A stretch of DNA of 64,000 bases, taken from NCBI GenBank assembly GCA_021791545.1, contig JAJYWL010000001.1, forward strand, positions 5,856 through 69,855. Reading direction: 5' to 3'. Position numbers and translations under genes: made by a program. Of the stretch, positions 18,800-29,563 are shown piece after piece. The DNA is from a bacterium. GTDB taxonomy: Bacteria > Patescibacteriota > Microgenomatia > Levybacterales > UBA12049. Position 1 is the stretch's first letter, and each line of letters starts with the position of its first letter. The notes beneath the pieces are model-generated. The model ran no database searches and was not told where the DNA came from. It worked only from the letters and a program-made list of their open reading frames with translations.

Positions 18800-19140
18800 T
18801 TTACTAGTTTGCCCAGGGCCCCGTTTACGAAAGCAGGGCTTGTTTCTCCTCCGTATTCTTTTGCAAGCTCGATTGCTTCGTCTATTATTACTTTGGGCGG
18901 TTCTTTTTTTATAATTTTGAGTTCATAGGTTGCCAGTCTTAGTATGGCAAGATCAACTCTATTTATTTTATCGATAGGAAATTCCGGGGCAGCTTTATTT
19001 ATGAACTTATCTATTTCCTCTTTTTGGGCAATTATTTTTTGGGCAATTTCTCCGACCCTTTGTTTATGAAATTCACTTCTAAACAGGTCTTCGACAACTT
19101 TTTGTCTTTTTTTATGTCGCGGATCAAGAGGATTTTTCAT
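18796..19140 (-). CDS. nusB: Transcription antitermination factor NusB
   Basis: VDLAILRLATYEL, IDEAIELAKEY, FVNGAL. Confidence 0.93.
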   Translation of the reverse strand: MKNPLDPRHKKRQKVVEDLFRSEFHKQRVGEIAQKIIAQKEEIDKFINKAAPEFPIDKINRVDLAILRLATYELKIIKKEPPKVIIDEAIELAKEYGGETSPAFVNGALGKLVK

Positions 19141-19167
19141 TTGCTTTTATTCCGCAAAATGCGGATC

Positions 19168-19368
19168 TTATTCAGCTTTTTTCTCTTTAACTTTTATTGC
19201 AACAACCTCTTTACCCTTGTAGAAACCACAGTTTCTGCAAACTGTATGTGGTGCAACAGGGCTGCCGCAATTAGGGCATGAGAAAGATTTAACAGCTGAA
19301 AGTCTAATGCTAGCTCTTCTTTTTCCCTGTCTTGCTCTACTATGTCTTTTCTTTGGTTCTTGTGGCAT
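19168..19368 (-). CDS. rpmF: 50S ribosomal protein L32
   Basis: PKKRHS, CPNCG...PHTVCRNCGFY. Confidence 0.95.
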   Translation of the reverse strand: MPQEPKKRHSRARQGKRRASIRLSAVKSFSCPNCGSPVAPHTVCRNCGFYKGKEVVAIKVKEKKAE

Positions 19369-19414
19369 AACGAATATTTTACTTCATTTAGCTTGTAGTT
19401 GCAATACTTCAGTA

Positions 19415-21424
19415 TCAATCCGGAGAAACTAATGATTTATTTATCAAGGCAACTTTTTCCATTAGTTCCGGATTATTTTCCATTTCAGGGAATATAATCT
19501 CCGCTTCAGTTCTTGCTTTTTTAACTAAATCAAAATCTGAAAAATCAGCTACTTTGAATATTTCTTTGCCATGCTGCATGGTTCCATATATTTGTCCGGG
19601 ACCTCTTAATTTTAAATCAAGCTCTGCAAGTTCTGGCCCAAAGTATATTGTTTCCATTGACCTTATTCTTTCCAGAGTTGAAGGATTTTTTGCATCCGTA
19701 AAGAGAAGGCAATAGGATTGTTTCTCTCCCCTACCCACTCTCCCTCTTAATTGATGTAACTGAGCAAGACCGAATCTTTGAGATTCTTCTATCATCATAA
19801 TTGTTGCATTAGGAATATCTATACCAACTTCTACAACGGGAGTTGAAACCAAAATGTCGTATTTCTTATCTTTAAAATCTCTAAGAATTTCTTCTTTTTC
19901 TCCCGCTTTCATCTTTCCGTGTAATAGTGCAAGTCTAAGGCTTGGGAAAACCTCTTTTCTTAGTCTTTCAAATTCTTTTGTTGCTGCTTTTACCGACACC
20001 ATATTTTCCGACTCTTCTATTAAAGGACAGATGATGAAAACTTGATCCCCTTCTTTCACTTGTTTTTCTATCCATTCATATGCTCCCTCTCTTTTCTCAG
20101 GAGGCACAAGCCAGGTTTTTACTTTTTTTCTTCCTTTTGGCATTTCGTCTAAAAATGATAAATCCAAATCGCCATAGATAGTTAGAGCTACAGTTCTTGG
20201 TATGGGAGTTGCGGTCATGGTGAGAACATGGGGATTTTCTCCTTTTTGTCTTAGGATTGTTCTTTGTTCTACTCCGAACCTTTGTTGTTCGTCTATTACT
20301 ACAAAGCCTAAATTATCAAATTTTATTTTTGAAGAGATTAGGGCGTGTGTTCCCACATAAACATCTGCATTTTTCTTTCCTTTGGAAGAGTGTGTAATAA
20401 GTTCAACTTTTATTTTGAAAGGTTCCAAAAGTTTAGATATAGTATGAAAATGTTGTTGAGCCAATATTTCTGTAGGAGCCATTAAAGCAGATTGAAAACC
20501 ATTTAGGTAAGAGACAAGGATTCCTGCTGCGGCAACAACAGTTTTTCCGCTTCCAACTTCTCCTTCCAGAAGACGATTCATCGGTTTATCCTTTTTAAAG
20601 TCTTCGAGTATTTCGTTTATTGCTTTTTCCTGTGCTTTTGTAAGCTCAAAGGGAAGACTTCCTTTGAATTTAGTTAATTCTTTTTGAAAATTCTCAACTT
20701 TGAAAGGCTTCTTAATTATCTTTTTATTCCACTCGGTTTTTCTAAAAAGAGAAGAAAGTTGAAGCAAAAATAGTTCGTCGAAAGAAAGTCTTTCTTTAGC
20801 TTTTTCTGCTTCTTCCATTGTTTTGGGAAAATGAATTTTCTCCAAAGCATCTCTTAAATCTAAGAGACTGTTTCTTTCTATAGTTTTGGAAGGTAAAAAC
20901 TCTTTAATTTCATCTTTAGACTCGGATAGAGCTTTAAATACTTGTCTCCTTAACCATTTGGATGAGACTCCTTTTGTTTCCGGATATATTGGGACAAGTC
21001 TTCCAGTATGGAGCATGTTCTCACTGACTACCTCATAATCCGGAGATTGCATGGATGGTTTATTATGAAAGCTTTCAACTTTTCCCGAAAAAGAAACAAA
21101 ATCATCTTTTATTATCGTTTTGGGAATAAAAGGTTGATTAAACCAAGTTATCTCTATTTCTCCTGTTTCGTCTTTTACTTTTGCTTTCTGAATGGTTTTA
21201 AATCTTCTGGTGTACTGGTTTTTAATTTCAACAACTTCTCCTTTTAACGTTACGGTTTCTCCAGGTTGTACCTGACCTATTTTAGAAACCAAAGAATAGT
21301 CCTCGTATCTAAAAGGTGTGTGGAAAAGAAAATCTTCTATTTTAAAAATTCCTAACTTTGCGAGTCTTGAAGCATACATTTTATATGCCTTTGAGGCCTG
21401 GGCAATAGGTGTTTGTAAATCCAT
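19415..21424 (-). CDS. recG: ATP-dependent DNA helicase RecG
   Basis: GEVGSGKT, MAPTEILAQQH, DEQQRFG, TATPIPRT, QLRGRVGR. Confidence 0.97.
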   Translation of the reverse strand: MDLQTPIAQASKAYKMYASRLAKLGIFKIEDFLFHTPFRYEDYSLVSKIGQVQPGETVTLKGEVVEIKNQYTRRFKTIQKAKVKDETGEIEITWFNQPFIPKTIIKDDFVSFSGKVESFHNKPSMQSPDYEVVSENMLHTGRLVPIYPETKGVSSKWLRRQVFKALSESKDEIKEFLPSKTIERNSLLDLRDALEKIHFPKTMEEAEKAKERLSFDELFLLQLSSLFRKTEWNKKIIKKPFKVENFQKELTKFKGSLPFELTKAQEKAINEILEDFKKDKPMNRLLEGEVGSGKTVVAAAGILVSYLNGFQSALMAPTEILAQQHFHTISKLLEPFKIKVELITHSSKGKKNADVYVGTHALISSKIKFDNLGFVVIDEQQRFGVEQRTILRQKGENPHVLTMTATPIPRTVALTIYGDLDLSFLDEMPKGRKKVKTWLVPPEKREGAYEWIEKQVKEGDQVFIICPLIEESENMVSVKAATKEFERLRKEVFPSLRLALLHGKMKAGEKEEILRDFKDKKYDILVSTPVVEVGIDIPNATIMMIEESQRFGLAQLHQLRGRVGRGEKQSYCLLFTDAKNPSTLERIRSMETIYFGPELAELDLKLRGPGQIYGTMQHGKEIFKVADFSDFDLVKKARTEAEIIFPEMENNPELMEKVALINKSLVSPD

Positions 21425-21430
21425 AAGGTT

Positions 21431-21538
21431 TTAACGTGGAGCAGGGATAAATGCAAGAACTGAAGTAGCAATAAGCGCAAGTGAAGCAACTGCAACTATT
21501 ACTTTCCAAATCCATTGTTTTTCTCTGAGTGTTTCCAT
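21431..21538 (-). CDS. Small single-TM protein (35 aa)
   Basis: METLREKQWIWKVIVAVASLALIATSVLAFIPAPR; fills the tyrS-recG gap; TAAAAT just upstream. Confidence 0.6.
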   Translation of the reverse strand: METLREKQWIWKVIVAVASLALIATSVLAFIPAPR

Positions 21539-21560
21539 CTTAATTATTTTAACAAAAAAA

Positions 21561-22745
21561 TTAGGCCGGCTCAATCCTTACAAATTTTCTTTTGCCTACC
21601 TGAAGTATTGCTCCTCCGTTTTTTACGACGGTATCGAGTCCTACGTTATAGTCTTCTATTTTCTCGTTATTTATAAAAACACCGCCCTGCTCTATTAACC
21701 TTTTTGCTTCTGATTTACTTTGTGCAAGATTCGTTTCCAAAAGGGCATCTGCAATTGATTTAGAGATATCCAGTTTTACAGAAGGGATTTCATTTGGCAT
21801 TTCCTTATTCTGGACAGTTCTTTCAAAGTTATCTTTTGCTTTTTCTGCTTCTTCTTCGTTATGTAATTCTTTTACTATTTCAAAAGCCAAATCTTTTTTT
21901 ACATCTCTTGGGTTTTCGCTCTTAAGTCTTTTTTCGTATTCTTTTATTTCTTCTAAAGAAGTATCTGTTGCGAGTGTAAAGTATGTGATTATGAGATCGT
22001 CGTTTACCGCCATAACTTTTCCGTACACGTCCGAGGGGTCGTCATTAAGCCATATTGCATTCCCCCAAGACTTACTCATTTTTCTTCCGTCAGGTCCTTC
22101 GAGTATCGGAGTCGTAAGTACATATGACTCTTTGTTTCTTAAATCTTTCTGAAGGGTTCGTCCTGCCTGCATGTTAAACGTTTGATCTGTTCCTCCGACT
22201 TGAAGGTCTGTATCCATGAAATAACTATCATAGCCTTGCATGACCGGATAAAGGAATTCATGAAGTCCCACTCTTTTTCCGTCACTTAATCTTTTCTTAA
22301 CAAGTTCTCTTCCTACAAAATCACCTACGGAAAAATGTTGGGATAATTTAACAATATCTTCAAAAGTTAGCTTTTTAAGCCATTCGCTGTTATATCTTAT
22401 TTTTACTTTCGAAAAATCCAGTACTTTTTGAGCTTGTTTTTTGTAGTCCTGGAAATTTTCTTCTATCTCTTTTGGGCTAAGCATCGGTCTTTCCGATTCT
22501 TTGTCCGAGGTGTCCCCTATCAATGCGGTAAAATCTCCTATTACCAAAGTCACATTGTGTCCTAATTTTGCAAATTCATTTAGTTTTCTGAGTCCTACTG
22601 CGTGTCCCAAATGAATTTTGGTAGAGGTGGGGTCAATACCCATGTAGATGTTCAGCTTTTTATCTTTTTTTAGTGCTTTTTCGAGTTCAATTTTTCCCGG
22701 AATTATGTTCGCAACTCCCCTTGTTAAAATTTCTTCAATGTCCAT
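21561..22745 (-). CDS. tyrS: Tyrosine--tRNA ligase
   Basis: GIDPT..HLGH, QGYD, GGTDQ, KMSKS, S4-like tail. Confidence 0.97.
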   Translation of the reverse strand: MDIEEILTRGVANIIPGKIELEKALKKDKKLNIYMGIDPTSTKIHLGHAVGLRKLNEFAKLGHNVTLVIGDFTALIGDTSDKESERPMLSPKEIEENFQDYKKQAQKVLDFSKVKIRYNSEWLKKLTFEDIVKLSQHFSVGDFVGRELVKKRLSDGKRVGLHEFLYPVMQGYDSYFMDTDLQVGGTDQTFNMQAGRTLQKDLRNKESYVLTTPILEGPDGRKMSKSWGNAIWLNDDPSDVYGKVMAVNDDLIITYFTLATDTSLEEIKEYEKRLKSENPRDVKKDLAFEIVKELHNEEEAEKAKDNFERTVQNKEMPNEIPSVKLDISKSIADALLETNLAQSKSEAKRLIEQGGVFINNEKIEDYNVGLDTVVKNGGAILQVGKRKFVRIEPA

Positions 22746-22807
22746 TTATTTGAGTATATCACAGGGGTTTGCCATGCTCAATAAATTGAGCTATACTAGT
22801 GCTTGTT

Positions 22808-25195
22808 ATGGATTTTGCTAGATCCAGGAGACGAATTAGGTTTAGACTCCTCAATAATTGGTCAAGAATGACCAGAATAGAAAAGATAAATCTTCTTATT
22901 AGATATGCATTCTTCGGACTGATAGGTTTCATAGTTCTTACTGTTGTGCTTTTTCTTTGGTACGGAAGAGATTTGCCTACCCCTGGAAAGTTAACAAGCG
23001 CTCAGGCTTCTTCTTCAAGTGGAATTTACGATAGAAATGGAACACTTCTCTACTCTGTATATCAGAACCAGAACAGAATTTATGTGAAGCTTTCCGATAT
23101 ACCTAAATACTTACAAGAAGGAACAATAGCAATTGAAGACAAGAACTTCTATACCAACCAGGGATTCTCGATAACAGGATACATAAGAGCAGCTGTAAAT
23201 GTCGTTCTTTTAAGGGGTCTTTCCGGAGGATCAACCCTAACCCAGCAGCTTGTTAAAAACTCGCTTCTTACTTCAGAAAGAACACTTCCAAGAAAGATCA
23301 AAGAGTTAATGCTTTCAATTCAGGTAGACAAGAAGTATACAAAAGATCAGATTTTGGAAATGTATCTAAATGATGTTCCGTATGGAGGGACGGCGGTAGG
23401 TGTTCAGACAGCCGCACAACAGTATTTTGGAAAAGACGTAAAGGATTTGGATCTTGCTCAAAGTGCTTTTCTTTCCGGTCTTCCCCAGAGCCCCAGTGTT
23501 TATTCTCCTTTTAGCGGAAACACATATTATTTGAATAGAACGAAATTAGTTTTAAGTGCAATGGTTGGTCAGGGATACATTACTCAAAAACAAGGAGACG
23601 ACGCGTATAAGGAAATTGCAAATTATAAATTTGAGCAAAAAGACATAGGAATTAAAGCTCCTCATTTTGTTATGTATATAAAACAACAACTGGAACAACA
23701 ATTCGGCGCTGCAGCTGTTGAAAATGGAGGACTTAGAGTGAAGACCTCCCTCGATTACAATATTGAAAAACAGGCTGAGGACATTGTTAAAGCTGAGATT
23801 GCAAAAGACAAAGACCTTAAAGTCGGAAACGGTGCGGCTATGGTAACAAACCCAAAGACAGGAGAAATACTTGCCATGGTCGGGAGTGAAGATTATTTTA
23901 ATACCCAAAACGACGGTAATTTCAATGCAGCTCTTGCCATGAGACAGCCGGGGTCTTCGTTAAAGCCTATAACCTATGCCGTCGGGCTTAGCAAAGGATA
24001 TACTGCTGCCACTATGTTTATGGATGTCGCTACAAATTTTAAAGCAAACGACCAGGAAAAAGATTATATACCTGTTAACTATGACGGAAAATACAGGGGG
24101 CCTATTCAGATGAGATTTGCTTTGGCAAATTCAATTAACGTGCCAGCAGTAAAAATGCTCGCAATGGTCGGAATCAAGAATGTAATGCAAAAAGCTTACG
24201 ATATGGGTATTTCAGACTGGCAGCCTACAGACGCGAATCTTAAGGACGTGGGATATTCCCTTGTTTTGGGAGGAAGAGATGTAAGATTAATAGATGAAAT
24301 GCAGGCATATGGAGTTTTTGCAAACCAGGGTCTTAAGCAGCCTCTAGTTTCGATACTCGAAGTAGATGATTCAAAGGGAAATGTCCTTTATAAATACAAT
24401 CCCCCGTCTCCTCAGCGAGTATTGTCTCAGGAAGTAGCCTTCCTGATATCTCATATACTTTTGGATAATACGGCTAGAAGTATGGAATTTGGACCATATT
24501 CACAGTTGGTGGTTGCCGGTCATCCCAGCGTCTCGGTAAAAACAGGAACAACAAACGATATTAAGGATAACTGGACAATAGGATATACACCTGATTATGT
24601 GGTAGGTGTTTGGGTGGGAAACAATGACAATACCCCCATGAGCAGAGTCGCTTCGGGAATAACGGGTGCAGCTCCGATATGGAATAGGATTATAAGCTAT
24701 GTTCTTAAAGATAAAAAAGATAATCCTCCACAAAAACCCAATGACGTTATTGCAATGCAGATAGATGCATTAAGCGGCGGATTGCCTAAAGACGGACAGG
24801 CCACAAGAAGTGAGTATTTCATTCAAGGAACACAACCTACGGCTCAGGGTGTAATTTATCAGAAAGTTAAACTTTCAAAACATCAGCAGGGAAAACTTGC
24901 TGATTCATCCGAGATTCAGGCAGGAGATTATGATACCAAGGATTACATTATCTTTAAGGAAAATGACCCTATCTCGACAGACGGAAAAAACAGATGGCAA
25001 GAAGGCATAGATGCTTGGATTCATTCTACCTATGCAGCCGATCATCCCGAATATTATCCCCCTACAGATACATCAACTTATCAGGAAAATTCAAATAACA
25101 ATAATTCTACCCCTACTCCAACGCCTTCTGCTTCTCCTTCTCCGAGTGCTTCGTTAACGCCTATCCCGTCGGCATCACCGACACTTCCGATATAA
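22808..25195 (+). CDS. Class A penicillin-binding protein (transglycosylase-transpeptidase)
   Basis: EDKNF, GGSTLTQQL, RKIKE, SSLK, SIN, KTG motifs; P/S/T-rich tail. Confidence 0.95.
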   Translation: MDFARSRRRIRFRLLNNWSRMTRIEKINLLIRYAFFGLIGFIVLTVVLFLWYGRDLPTPGKLTSAQASSSSGIYDRNGTLLYSVYQNQNRIYVKLSDIPKYLQEGTIAIEDKNFYTNQGFSITGYIRAAVNVVLLRGLSGGSTLTQQLVKNSLLTSERTLPRKIKELMLSIQVDKKYTKDQILEMYLNDVPYGGTAVGVQTAAQQYFGKDVKDLDLAQSAFLSGLPQSPSVYSPFSGNTYYLNRTKLVLSAMVGQGYITQKQGDDAYKEIANYKFEQKDIGIKAPHFVMYIKQQLEQQFGAAAVENGGLRVKTSLDYNIEKQAEDIVKAEIAKDKDLKVGNGAAMVTNPKTGEILAMVGSEDYFNTQNDGNFNAALAMRQPGSSLKPITYAVGLSKGYTAATMFMDVATNFKANDQEKDYIPVNYDGKYRGPIQMRFALANSINVPAVKMLAMVGIKNVMQKAYDMGISDWQPTDANLKDVGYSLVLGGRDVRLIDEMQAYGVFANQGLKQPLVSILEVDDSKGNVLYKYNPPSPQRVLSQEVAFLISHILLDNTARSMEFGPYSQLVVAGHPSVSVKTGTTNDIKDNWTIGYTPDYVVGVWVGNNDNTPMSRVASGITGAAPIWNRIISYVLKDKKDNPPQKPNDVIAMQIDALSGGLPKDGQATRSEYFIQGTQPTAQGVIYQKVKLSKHQQGKLADSSEIQAGDYDTKDYIIFKENDPISTDGKNRWQEGIDAWIHSTYAADHPEYYPPTDTSTYQENSNNNNSTPTPTPSASPSPSASLTPIPSASPTLPI

Positions 25196-25225
25196 AATCT
25201 AAATTGATAAAATTTTGGGGAGAAA

Positions 25226-27172
25226 TTATTTCAAAGAAGCACCAAATTTTTCCTTGAGGTCACTGATTATTTTTTCTCTTATTTGTGAGACTTCTTCTGT
25301 TGTAAGATTTTTCTCTGGATCTTGATAGACTATATGAAAAGTTCTTGAGTTATCGTATTGATCCATCAATTCGACCTCGGTAATAAGTTTTGATTTGCTT
25401 TTTATTTCGTCAATTACAGATTTAGTCTCTATCGATTTTGAGATATTAAATGACAAATCTTCTACTATCGGAGGGAATTTACTCAATGGTTTAAATATTT
25501 TCTTTAATGATGCATTCTTTAGGATTAATTCAAAGTTTAATTCGAAATCGATAAGATTATTATCAAGGATTTCTATCTCTCCCAAATACTCTTTTCCAAC
25601 ATATAATGATGCTCCTATCCCTGTTTTATCTGATGATTTAAATTCTAAGTCTTTTATGCCAAGATCAGTGAGTAATTGCTCTATAAGACCTTTAACTTCA
25701 TAGAAATTTGCTTTCTCTTTTTTTACCACTCCTGCTAATGTCAAAAGTTCTTGGGGTAAATCTCCTTTTCTTTTGTGATATACATTTGCGATTTCAAAAA
25801 TCTTTATCGTCTCCTGTTCTTTATTGTCAGAAACTACTTTTAATAGGCTTGGAACCAGAGTTTTTCTCATGTAGACGAATTCTTCATTTAATGGATTATT
25901 GATCTCTACCGCTTCTTCCAAGGGTCCCTCAAAGAGTTCTGTCGAGACGAATGAATATGTATATACCTCCGTAAAACCCCAATACTTGAATGCTTGTTTT
26001 ACTCTTTTTTCCCAATAAAACCCATCTGCAAATCTATGAGCAACGACCTTGGTCTGAGGCGGAAGAATATTTGGAAGATTTTCGTATCCCTGAAGTCTTG
26101 CTATTTCTTCTATGAGGTCTTCTTCTATCTCTATATCCCCAAGTCTAAACGAAGGAACAACAACTTCAATACTTTCTTTTAGAAGTTTTGCTTCGAATCC
26201 GAGATCTTTAAGGGCTTTTAGTGCTTTTTGGGGTTCAATTTCTATTCCGATTAGTTTATTTATTCTTGAAAGTCTCACGCTTACAGTTTTTTCTTTGACT
26301 TTATTTGGATAAATATCTGTTATCTCGGATATTAATTTCCCTTTAGCATTTTTTTCAAAAAGTTCTATTCCCAAAAGAAGAGCTTTATATGCAAGTTCAC
26401 TGTCTATATTCTTTTCGTTAAGAACCGCCGCTTCTGTTCTTATTCCAAGCGACATTGACGCTTTCCTTATTCTAGTGGGTTCATTCGTGTTTATGAAGTA
26501 AAGAATCCTTTTTGTTTTTTCCGTGACTACGCTATTTTCAAGACCCATTATTCCTAAAAGATCTACTATTCTTCCGTTGTCATCTACCGCAACTATTTCT
26601 CCGCCTCTTAAAACATATTTTTTGTTATCCAAAGTTTCTATGGTTTCGCCGCTTTTTGCTTCTCTCACTGTAAGGGTTTTGGTATTTAATCTATCCAAAT
26701 CAAAAACATGGGTCGGGTGGCCTATTTCCTTCATTACATAGTTGGTCACATCTATTACGTTATTAAGACTTCTCGTTCCGGACCTTTCAATTCTTTCTCT
26801 AGTTTCTTTTGATGAATCGCCTACTTCAACTTTCATTGCTACTGCCAATAGTCTGTTTACAAGTTTAGGATCACTTGTTATCTCGATTAATTTATCTTTG
26901 GGGGTTTCCGGTGTTTTTAATCTCGGTTCTTCGTAAGAAGCATTAATTCCATGCTGATTCAAGGCAGCTGCAGCTTCCCTTGCGATTCCTGTTACAGAGG
27001 CTAAATCCGGTCTATTTGTAGTTACTTCAATATCGTATATATAATCATCCCCTGATTTTTCAATTCTATCTACAGAAACGCTTGTAGCAGACAAAATCTC
27101 TCCTATTTTCTCGGGATTTGCTTTTGTTTTTAGAAAGTCTCTTAACCAGCTATCTAATATTTTTATATCCAT
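25226..27172 (-). CDS. pheT: Phenylalanine--tRNA ligase beta subunit, shortened
   Basis: TTNRPD, DVTNYV, EDLIEEIARL, FDX-ACB tail. Confidence 0.95.
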   Translation of the reverse strand: MDIKILDSWLRDFLKTKANPEKIGEILSATSVSVDRIEKSGDDYIYDIEVTTNRPDLASVTGIAREAAAALNQHGINASYEEPRLKTPETPKDKLIEITSDPKLVNRLLAVAMKVEVGDSSKETRERIERSGTRSLNNVIDVTNYVMKEIGHPTHVFDLDRLNTKTLTVREAKSGETIETLDNKKYVLRGGEIVAVDDNGRIVDLLGIMGLENSVVTEKTKRILYFINTNEPTRIRKASMSLGIRTEAAVLNEKNIDSELAYKALLLGIELFEKNAKGKLISEITDIYPNKVKEKTVSVRLSRINKLIGIEIEPQKALKALKDLGFEAKLLKESIEVVVPSFRLGDIEIEEDLIEEIARLQGYENLPNILPPQTKVVAHRFADGFYWEKRVKQAFKYWGFTEVYTYSFVSTELFEGPLEEAVEINNPLNEEFVYMRKTLVPSLLKVVSDNKEQETIKIFEIANVYHKRKGDLPQELLTLAGVVKKEKANFYEVKGLIEQLLTDLGIKDLEFKSSDKTGIGASLYVGKEYLGEIEILDNNLIDFELNFELILKNASLKKIFKPLSKFPPIVEDLSFNISKSIETKSVIDEIKSKSKLITEVELMDQYDNSRTFHIVYQDPEKNLTTEEVSQIREKIISDLKEKFGASLK

Positions 27173-27173
27173 A

Positions 27174-28208
27174 TTAAAATTGCTCCAAAAATTCCAACTT
27201 ATTTGAATAAATAAGTCTTAAGTCGTCCAGTTCTAGTCCTTCTTTCATCATCATGCATCTTTCCGGTCCGAAGCCGAAAGCAAATCCTGTGTATTCTTGA
27301 GGATCAATACCTCCTGCTTTTAGTACATTAGGATGTACCATTCCTGCTCCGCCAAGTTCGAGCCATCCTGATTTACATACCTTGCATCCCTTGCCGTTAC
27401 AGACTCCGCATGAAACATCTACTTCAAACGAGGGTTCTGTAAATTGGAAATGATAGGGTCTTATCCTTGATTTTCTGTTTTCACCGAAGAATGATTTTAC
27501 AAAATAATCTAGAGTACCCTTCAGATGTGTTATAGCTATATCTTTGTCTATTACCAAACCTTCAAACTGATGAAACATAGGTACGTGGGAAATATCGGAT
27601 TGTCTCCTATATGTTTTTGCTATGTTTAACATTCTTATAGGAGGTTTTCTTCTTTGCATTTCTCTTATCTGCCCCGAAGATGTATGTGGAGTAAGTATCA
27701 TGGGACCATATTTAGGATGAACTTCTTCTTTTATGAAGAAGGTTTCCCAGTCATCTCTTGCAGGATGATTTTTGGGAAAGTTTAGTGCTTCAAACGAGTA
27801 CCAATCCCATTCAACTTCCGGATATCTTACTCTTTCGAAACCTATCTTCTCGAATATGTCGGTTATCTCATCAATTGCCTGTGTGACAAGGTGTAGATGC
27901 CCAAGAGGAGGTTTTATTCCCGGATTGGTTACATCAATCTTTTCTCTTATTTTTTCCTTTACGGAACCTTTTAGGGTTTTTGCCTGGTTTAGTATCGCTT
28001 CTTCTAAAGCCTCTTTTACTTCGTTTGCTAGCATCCCGAACTCTTTTCTTTTTTCGGGTGGAACTTTTGTAATTTTTTTTAGAGCAAGAGTTAATTTACC
28101 GTTTCGTCCTAAAAATTGTAGTTTTAATTCCTCAAGCTCCTTCTCCTCTTTGGCGTCGAGTATCAAGGGTATAGCAGAGTTTTTAATTGAAATGAGTTCT
28201 TCTTCCAT
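27174..28208 (-). CDS. pheS: Phenylalanine--tRNA ligase alpha subunit
   Basis: HPARD, FHQFEG, FTEPS, GFAFGFG. Confidence 0.97.
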   Translation of the reverse strand: MEEELISIKNSAIPLILDAKEEKELEELKLQFLGRNGKLTLALKKITKVPPEKRKEFGMLANEVKEALEEAILNQAKTLKGSVKEKIREKIDVTNPGIKPPLGHLHLVTQAIDEITDIFEKIGFERVRYPEVEWDWYSFEALNFPKNHPARDDWETFFIKEEVHPKYGPMILTPHTSSGQIREMQRRKPPIRMLNIAKTYRRQSDISHVPMFHQFEGLVIDKDIAITHLKGTLDYFVKSFFGENRKSRIRPYHFQFTEPSFEVDVSCGVCNGKGCKVCKSGWLELGGAGMVHPNVLKAGGIDPQEYTGFAFGFGPERCMMMKEGLELDDLRLIYSNKLEFLEQF

Positions 28209-28318
28209 TACTATATAAGAATAACAGATTCGAGCTCAATTTTCATTATATGGTTTTACAATTTTCATACACATTTAATTTGATTTTTTAATCTTAGAAG
28301 AGTAAACTACAGGCCATT

Positions 28319-29014
28319 ATGACACCAGAAGTTTTGAGAACTGAATCCGAAAGGCAACAATATGGAGCGGTTATCGCTTTGGGTAAGAACTGGAGACTTG
28401 ATGATGAGAAAAATGTTATAGCTACGAGAAGAGGTTCAGAGTCCAGGATATATTTAAGTATTGAATCGAAACTAACCGCACTTGCTGCAGCACATATGTA
28501 TGTTTCGGGTGAAACGGGATTGATTATTTTTTCAACCGGAGCAACGGCAGGAAAAGACCCCTTAACAGGCAAACCCTTTCCCACAGAAGCTGACATGATG
28601 AGAAGCTTTGTAAGAAGATTTTATTCTGAAGATCAAATTCCAGATTCGGCAATGCTTGTAGAGAATAATTCATTTGATACTGCAGGTAACGCGGAAGAGA
28701 TAAAAAAGAAATTCATAGAACCCATGAACATACAAGATGCTGCAGTTCTGACTGTGGGGTTTCATCTCCCGAGAGCGATGAGGTTATTTAGAAGCTATGG
28801 AATGGATATAAGAGAAGGATTATCTTCGGAAGAAATACTTATTTCTCAAGGCTCAGATCATTTAAATAGATATATTGAGGCATATCATCAAACAGAAAGA
28901 TATAAAGATCTGGTTAAATTGGAAAAAAAAGTAGAATTATTTAGCAGATTTGATAGAAAAGGTAAAATAGTAAGGTTCGTTACTACAAGATCAAGACACA
29001 GAAGCGAAGGTTAG
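28319..29014 (+). CDS. YdcF/DUF218-family protein
   Basis: IALG, IIFSTG, TEADMM, ENNSFDTAGNA, TVGFHLPRA. Confidence 0.8.
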   Translation: MTPEVLRTESERQQYGAVIALGKNWRLDDEKNVIATRRGSESRIYLSIESKLTALAAAHMYVSGETGLIIFSTGATAGKDPLTGKPFPTEADMMRSFVRRFYSEDQIPDSAMLVENNSFDTAGNAEEIKKKFIEPMNIQDAAVLTVGFHLPRAMRLFRSYGMDIREGLSSEEILISQGSDHLNRYIEAYHQTERYKDLVKLEKKVELFSRFDRKGKIVRFVTTRSRHRSEG

Positions 29015-29364
29015 TTGGAAGCTTTCGAGGAATCAATTATTTTTTTGAAAGTTTCTGGATCATTCATTATTATTTCGCTTAATACTTTTCTATCTAAGGC
29101 AATACTTGCTTTCTTTAATTGATTTGTAAGTTTGCTATATGAAAGACCTTCTTTTTTTGCAGCTTCACCTATTCTTGTAATCCATAAAGCTCTCATATCT
29201 CTTTTTCTGTTTTTTCTTCCTTGATATGCATAAGCTCTTGCGTGAAGTTCTGCTTCTTTTGCAACTTTTACAAGTTTAGATTTAGTACCTCTATAACCTT
29301 TTGTAAGGCCTAAAAGCTTATTATGTTTTTTCTTTGATATTGTTCCTCTTTTTACTCTCGCCAT
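29011..29364 (-). CDS. rplT: 50S ribosomal protein L20
   Basis: MARVKRG, RKRDMRALWITRI, LDRKVLSE. Confidence 0.97.
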   Translation of the reverse strand: MARVKRGTISKKKHNKLLGLTKGYRGTKSKLVKVAKEAELHARAYAYQGRKNRKRDMRALWITRIGEAAKKEGLSYSKLTNQLKKASIALDRKVLSEIIMNDPETFKKIIDSSKASN

Positions 29365-29365
29365 T

Positions 29366-29563
29366 TTATTTTGCTCCTAAAATTTGTTTTATTTTGTTTG
29401 CAAATTCACCGGTTAAAACTCCGGGTTCGCCCTGTCTTCTTATTCTGGATTGAGATTTGCTTGCTTTCTTATGTCTTCCATATTGATGAGCAAACAAAAC
29501 CTTTCCGGTCTTTGTAACCTTAAATCTTTTAGATGCTGCTTTCTTGATTTTCTTCTTTGACAT
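29366..29563 (-). CDS. rpmI: 50S ribosomal protein L35
   Basis: AASKRFKVTKTGK; lies between infC and rplT. Confidence 0.93.
   Translation of the reverse strand: MSKKKIKKAASKRFKVTKTGKVLFAHQYGRHKKASKSQSRIRRQGEPGVLTGEFANKIKQILGAK

Noticed and set aside
19151-19165. Hairpin TCCGCA-AAA-TGCGGA between rpmF and nusB
   Set aside because: Short stem with no U tract on the coding strand, so no function can be assigned
25090-25195. Repetitive sequence at the end of the PBP gene
   Set aside because: It encodes a low-complexity Pro/Ser/Thr tail and is not a DNA repeat element
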